DNA of 64,000 bases. It comes from Cyanophyceae cyanobacterium (GTDB taxonomy: Bacteria; Cyanobacteriota; Cyanobacteriia; Cyanobacteriales; JBHJGN01). The notes beneath the pieces are model-generated. The model did no database searches, was not told where the DNA came from, and worked only from the letters and a program-made list of their open reading frames with translations. Made by a program: the position numbers and the translations under genes. The stretch covers positions 32,001-96,000 of the forward strand of contig JBHJGN010000019.1 of assembly GCA_050331735.1 (NCBI GenBank), read 5' to 3'. Shown here piece after piece: positions 60,561 to 64,000 of the stretch. How positions within the stretch are numbered: position 1 is the stretch's first letter; each line of letters opens with the position of its first letter.

Positions 60561-60621
60561 CCCTTCTAGATTAACGAGAAGAGAGCAAAATCAGACGATC
60601 TTTAAGCCCTGTGCAAGCTGT

Positions 60622-60885
60622 TCAATTAAACCCTTTCCCCTTTCCCCTCTTCCCCTTCCCCACCGCCCCGCGACTATGATTTAATTCCATCGGTACGTCT
60701 GCTAACGCTTCATCCGGCAAAACGTAAGAAGAGGCAATCAGCTTCTCGTCCCAGTCCACAATCTCCGGGTAGCGAATCCCTGGTAATATTTGTACTGCAA
60801 AGATCTCCTGCACCGCTTCCTCAAACCTCAGAAAAGCCACTGTTTGACCCGTTTGCAAATTAACAACCCATACGCCACTTCTGGC
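60622..60885 (-). pseudogene. C-terminal fragment of TIGR03032 (DUF4915)-like protein
   Basis: GVWVVNLQTGQTVAFLRFEEAVQEIFAVQILPG; no N-terminal region; tail repeat-derived. Confidence 0.6.
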
Positions 60886-61792
60886 AACCAAGACGGGGGG
60901 ATTCTTGCTTCCGCTAGTGGATACGGAAGGCTAAATGCGACAATAAACCAGCAGCACCATCACAGGGAACCAGGCACAGGAAGGAGGCGGCATTCTTAAT
61001 GAATCTGCTTCGGTTACTGTTGAAAATAGCGAAATTTCAGACAACGAAGCCGAGCGAGGCGGCGGTATCTTTAGCGAGGGCATCGTCGTGCGCGCGAGCA
61101 TATTCTATGCTGCCGAAAAAGGTGAAATAACAGTAGAAAACAGCACGATTTCTGGAAATACAGCCAATGACGTCGGTGGCGGGGTCTATAACGACGATGG
61201 CTTTTTAGAACTGAATAACAGCACAGTTTCTGGGAATACAGCAGATAATGGCGGCAGCGGCATTGTTACCTTGAGTTCAACAATTACCATATCTTATGGT
61301 GGTGGCAGCTATTATTACGTCCTGTACCCCGGTGGAACGGAAATTCGCAATACAATTATTGCTGCCAATGATAACAATACAGATGTTGAGGGCGATGTAG
61401 AAGGTCGCTTTAACCTCGTTTGTTGAGGGCGATGTAGAAGGTCGCTTTAACCTCGTTGGTAATGGAGACGGAGTGGCAAGCTTTGTTGATGGAGAAAACG
61501 GTAATATTGTCGGCACGTCAGCTAAGACCCGCTCCTCGGTCCCCTACAGGATAACGGTGGTCCGACCCGAACTCAGGCTCTCCTGCTCGGCAGTCCAGCC
61601 TTCAATACCGGAGATCCTAACTTTACGCCGCCGCCCTTTACCGACCAGCGAGGCTTTGAGCGGGTACTTTTCGAGCGTGTTGATATGGGAGCGGTAGAAG
61701 CAGTGCCTGGACCGGAAGCAACTCTGGGATGGATACTAGGACTAGTCGCTCTCGGGGCTGCCCGTCACTACAGGCGGCGAAGCTCGCATTAA
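60880..61792 (+). pseudogene. Frameshifted beta-helix/choice-of-anchor Q protein with PEP-CTERM-like anchor
   Basis: NSTISGN.A..GGG repeats; [21 protein letters not shown]...G...DQRG..R...VDMGAVE; VPGP-TM-RRR tail; at least 3 frameshifts. Confidence 0.8.
61384..61457 (+). repeat. Perfect 37-bp tandem duplication
   Basis: TGTTGAGGGCGATGTAGAAGGTCGCTTTAACCTCGTT at 61384-61420 and 61421-61457. Confidence 0.9.
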
Positions 61793-61845
61793 AAGAAATA
61801 GAGGTAACAGCGCTTGGACAATCAGCAGGCTTAGATGTGTTTGAT

Positions 61846-61890
61846 TACATCTAGAGGGGGAGAATGCTGCTGGCGTTCTCCAAATACAGT
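61846..61890 (+). promoter_or_regulatory. Island motif site plus -10
   Basis: TACATC-TAGA-GGGGGA, 23 nt, TACAGT. Confidence 0.45.
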
Positions 61891-61926
61891 AGTAAGGTGA
61901 AGCCCAAAACTTACAGAAAACACACC

Positions 61927-63438
61927 ATGAGTCTCATTGCTGCTAAACCTGTTTCTTACTGGATCGACTCAACTCCAGAAGCCGAATTTCCTTCACTGAC
62001 TCACAATGTTTTAGTCGATGTCGCCATTGTGGGTGCCGGAATTGCTGGTCTTACTGCCGCCACCCTACTGAAGCGAGCGGGTAAAACTGTTGCCGTGGTC
62101 GAATCGAAGCAGATTTCGACCGGAGTCAGCGGTCATACGACGGCAAAAGTAACCTCCCTACATCAGCTCATTTACGCCGATCTGACGAAAGAAATCGGCG
62201 AGGAGAAAACCCGGCTCTATGCCGAGTCTAACCAGGCGGCAGTGGAGCGCGTCGCTCAGTTTATCAAAGAAGAGCAGATCGACTGCGATTTTAGCCGCAG
62301 AAGCACCTACACCTACGCGCGATCGCAACAGCAGCTAAGCCAGGTGGAAGCGGAAGTAGAAGCGGCCCTGAAAGCAGGACTGCCGGCTTCTTTGGTGAAC
62401 GATACCTCTTTACCATTCCCCGTTGCTGGGGCCATTAAAGTTGACAATCAAGTGCAGTTCCACTCGCGCAAGTATCTTCTGCACCTCGCCAAGAGTCTTC
62501 CCGGTAACGGCAGCTATGTGTTTGAAAATACTAGAGTTGAGTCGGTAGAAGAAGGAGACCCCTGTCAGGTGATCACTCAGCGAGGAGTCGTAGAAGCTCA
62601 AGATGTCCTAATTACCACCAACTTGCCGATTCTCGATCAAGGACTGTTCTTTGCCAAGACCTATCCCAAGCGTTCCTACATCATTGGGGCTCCTATTGAC
62701 CCGGCTAAAGCGCCAGAAGGAATGTTTATCGGCACCGGAGAAAACTACCACTCGATTCGTACCACTCCTTACGAAAATGGCTTGCTGTTGCTGGTCGGCG
62801 GCGGCGGACATAAAGTCGGGACAGTCACGAACACCGAGGAAAAATATCAGCAGCTCGAAGAATTTGCGCGATCGCACTTTGATATCGATACGATTGACTA
62901 CCGCTGGTCTACCCAAGATATGGTCTCGTTCGACAAGCTGCCCTACATTGGTAAGCTGACTCCTCTTAATAATCATCTCTACGTCGCCACTGGCTTCAGT
63001 CTGTGGGGAATGAGCAAAGGCACTCTCTCAGGAATGCTGCTTAGCGATCTCGTCCTCGGTAAAAACAATCCTTGGTCCGATCTTTACGATGCCACTCGCG
63101 CGACCCCGTTTATTTCCCAACAGTCAATCCAGGAAAACTTAGATGTCGGGCGGCATTGGGTCGGCGATCGCCTCAAGGGGTTAACGGCATCGGTGTCTGA
63201 TGTGAACAACGGTGAGGGCAAGCTGATTACCGTTAACGGCGAGAAAGTAGCAGCCTACCGAGATCAGCAGGGTAAACTACACGCGGTTTCCGCCGTTTGT
63301 TCCCATTTAGCCTGTATTGTTGACTGGAATAGCGCTGAAAAGAGTTGGGACTGCCCCTGTCACGGAGCACGCTTCACCTACGATGGCGAAGTATTGCGCG
63401 GTCCGGCGGTGAAAGACTTAGACAAATATAACCTGTAG
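61927..63438 (+). CDS. FAD-dependent oxidoreductase with C-terminal Rieske [2Fe-2S] domain (YhfW-like)
   Basis: VGAGIAG, GHTTAK, CSHLAC...WDCPCHG; ATG 61927 preferred. Confidence 0.92.
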   Translation: MSLIAAKPVSYWIDSTPEAEFPSLTHNVLVDVAIVGAGIAGLTAATLLKRAGKTVAVVESKQISTGVSGHTTAKVTSLHQLIYADLTKEIGEEKTRLYAESNQAAVERVAQFIKEEQIDCDFSRRSTYTYARSQQQLSQVEAEVEAALKAGLPASLVNDTSLPFPVAGAIKVDNQVQFHSRKYLLHLAKSLPGNGSYVFENTRVESVEEGDPCQVITQRGVVEAQDVLITTNLPILDQGLFFAKTYPKRSYIIGAPIDPAKAPEGMFIGTGENYHSIRTTPYENGLLLLVGGGGHKVGTVTNTEEKYQQLEEFARSHFDIDTIDYRWSTQDMVSFDKLPYIGKLTPLNNHLYVATGFSLWGMSKGTLSGMLLSDLVLGKNNPWSDLYDATRATPFISQQSIQENLDVGRHWVGDRLKGLTASVSDVNNGEGKLITVNGEKVAAYRDQQGKLHAVSAVCSHLACIVDWNSAEKSWDCPCHGARFTYDGEVLRGPAVKDLDKYNL

Positions 63439-63704
63439 ATCAACTGAGGGGAAAGGAAGAAGCGGTGCGGCTCTGCGCCTCGAAGGGGTACTTTCAGAAA
63501 AGCTTCGCTAACGGCATCCTCCTGGACGCAATCACGGGGCTTCCAAAGTATCGCTAGTTGTGCGGAGGTTGCCTTCGCAAAGATTTGGCGGCGGAACAAG
63601 TCGGAACTCGGTTTCGGCAGTGCACTTTCCCGCCGTACGACGGCGGGAAACGGCGACCGCAGCACTAGGGCGGGCGGCTGCATTCCGAACACAATAGCTA
63701 CGTC

Positions 63705-63855
63705 ATACCAATTAGAAAAAGTCATGAGAGACTTGATCCGTTGGGAAAAAGGGGAAAGGGTCAGGGGGAAAGGTAAACACAGCAAGCCTTTCCCTTTTAA
63801 GAGCCAACTCTTTGTTAGTTAGGAGAACTATCTCACTACTTTCGGTCAATGGTAT
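63705..63855. mobile_element. ~150-bp MITE-like element, copy 2
   Basis: ATACCAATTAGAAAAAGTC ... CTTTCGGTCAATGGTAT; colinear with 768-917. Confidence 0.65.
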
Positions 63856-64000
63856 CAATTAGATTAGCGGGATGAGCTTTGCTCCGAGCAGCCGCCGTAA
63901 CCGCTTTAGCCACTACCATCTGACCGCGTTTGCTACTGCTAACTTCGGCTATAGCAGGAGGTAATTGCCGCCAAAACGGCTAGAACAATAGTTAGCCAGT

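Noticed and set aside
1051..63171. Very frequent GCGATCGC octamer
   Set aside because: Known cyanobacterial HIP1; useful only as a taxonomic marker
63378..64000. ORF 63378-63785 (-) and a possible gene end at the right edge
   Set aside because: The first is built from repeat sequence; the edge fragment is too short and stop-ridden to call

Overview
Cyanobacterial chromosome segment, identified by psaAB, the ATP synthase gamma 3' end, petL and very frequent HIP1 (GCGATCGC) sites. The first ~32 kb is mostly housekeeping: atpG end, recQ, HDAC family, petL, aroB, TRAP permeases, rnc, YraN, psaA-psaB, GT-C type glycosyltransferases, sfsA and NAD kinase. It also holds a compact kaiB-kaiC-hybrid histidine kinase cluster with no kaiA in the window. 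The last ~31 kb is a dense general-stress/desiccation-type island: PfpI, two CsbD-like genes, glucose dehydrogenase, DUF2254, MscS, GlsB/YeaQ, three DUF2382/AvaK-like genes, a FAD/Rieske oxidoreductase, several kinases and a DXCF cyanobacteriochrome chemoreceptor. By-eye reading of the island promoters shows a recurring imperfect palindrome, TCTATC-N4-GATAGA. It lies 22-23 nt upstream of a -10-like hexamer in about ten promoters, consistent with a class-II activator regulon. Intergenic regions carry modular GGGGAAA-heptamer/micro-hairpin repeats, a ~150-bp MITE-like element in two copies, and decaying pseudogenes. No rRNA, tRNA, CRISPR array or transposase was recognised. All assignments are by-eye; no searches were run.
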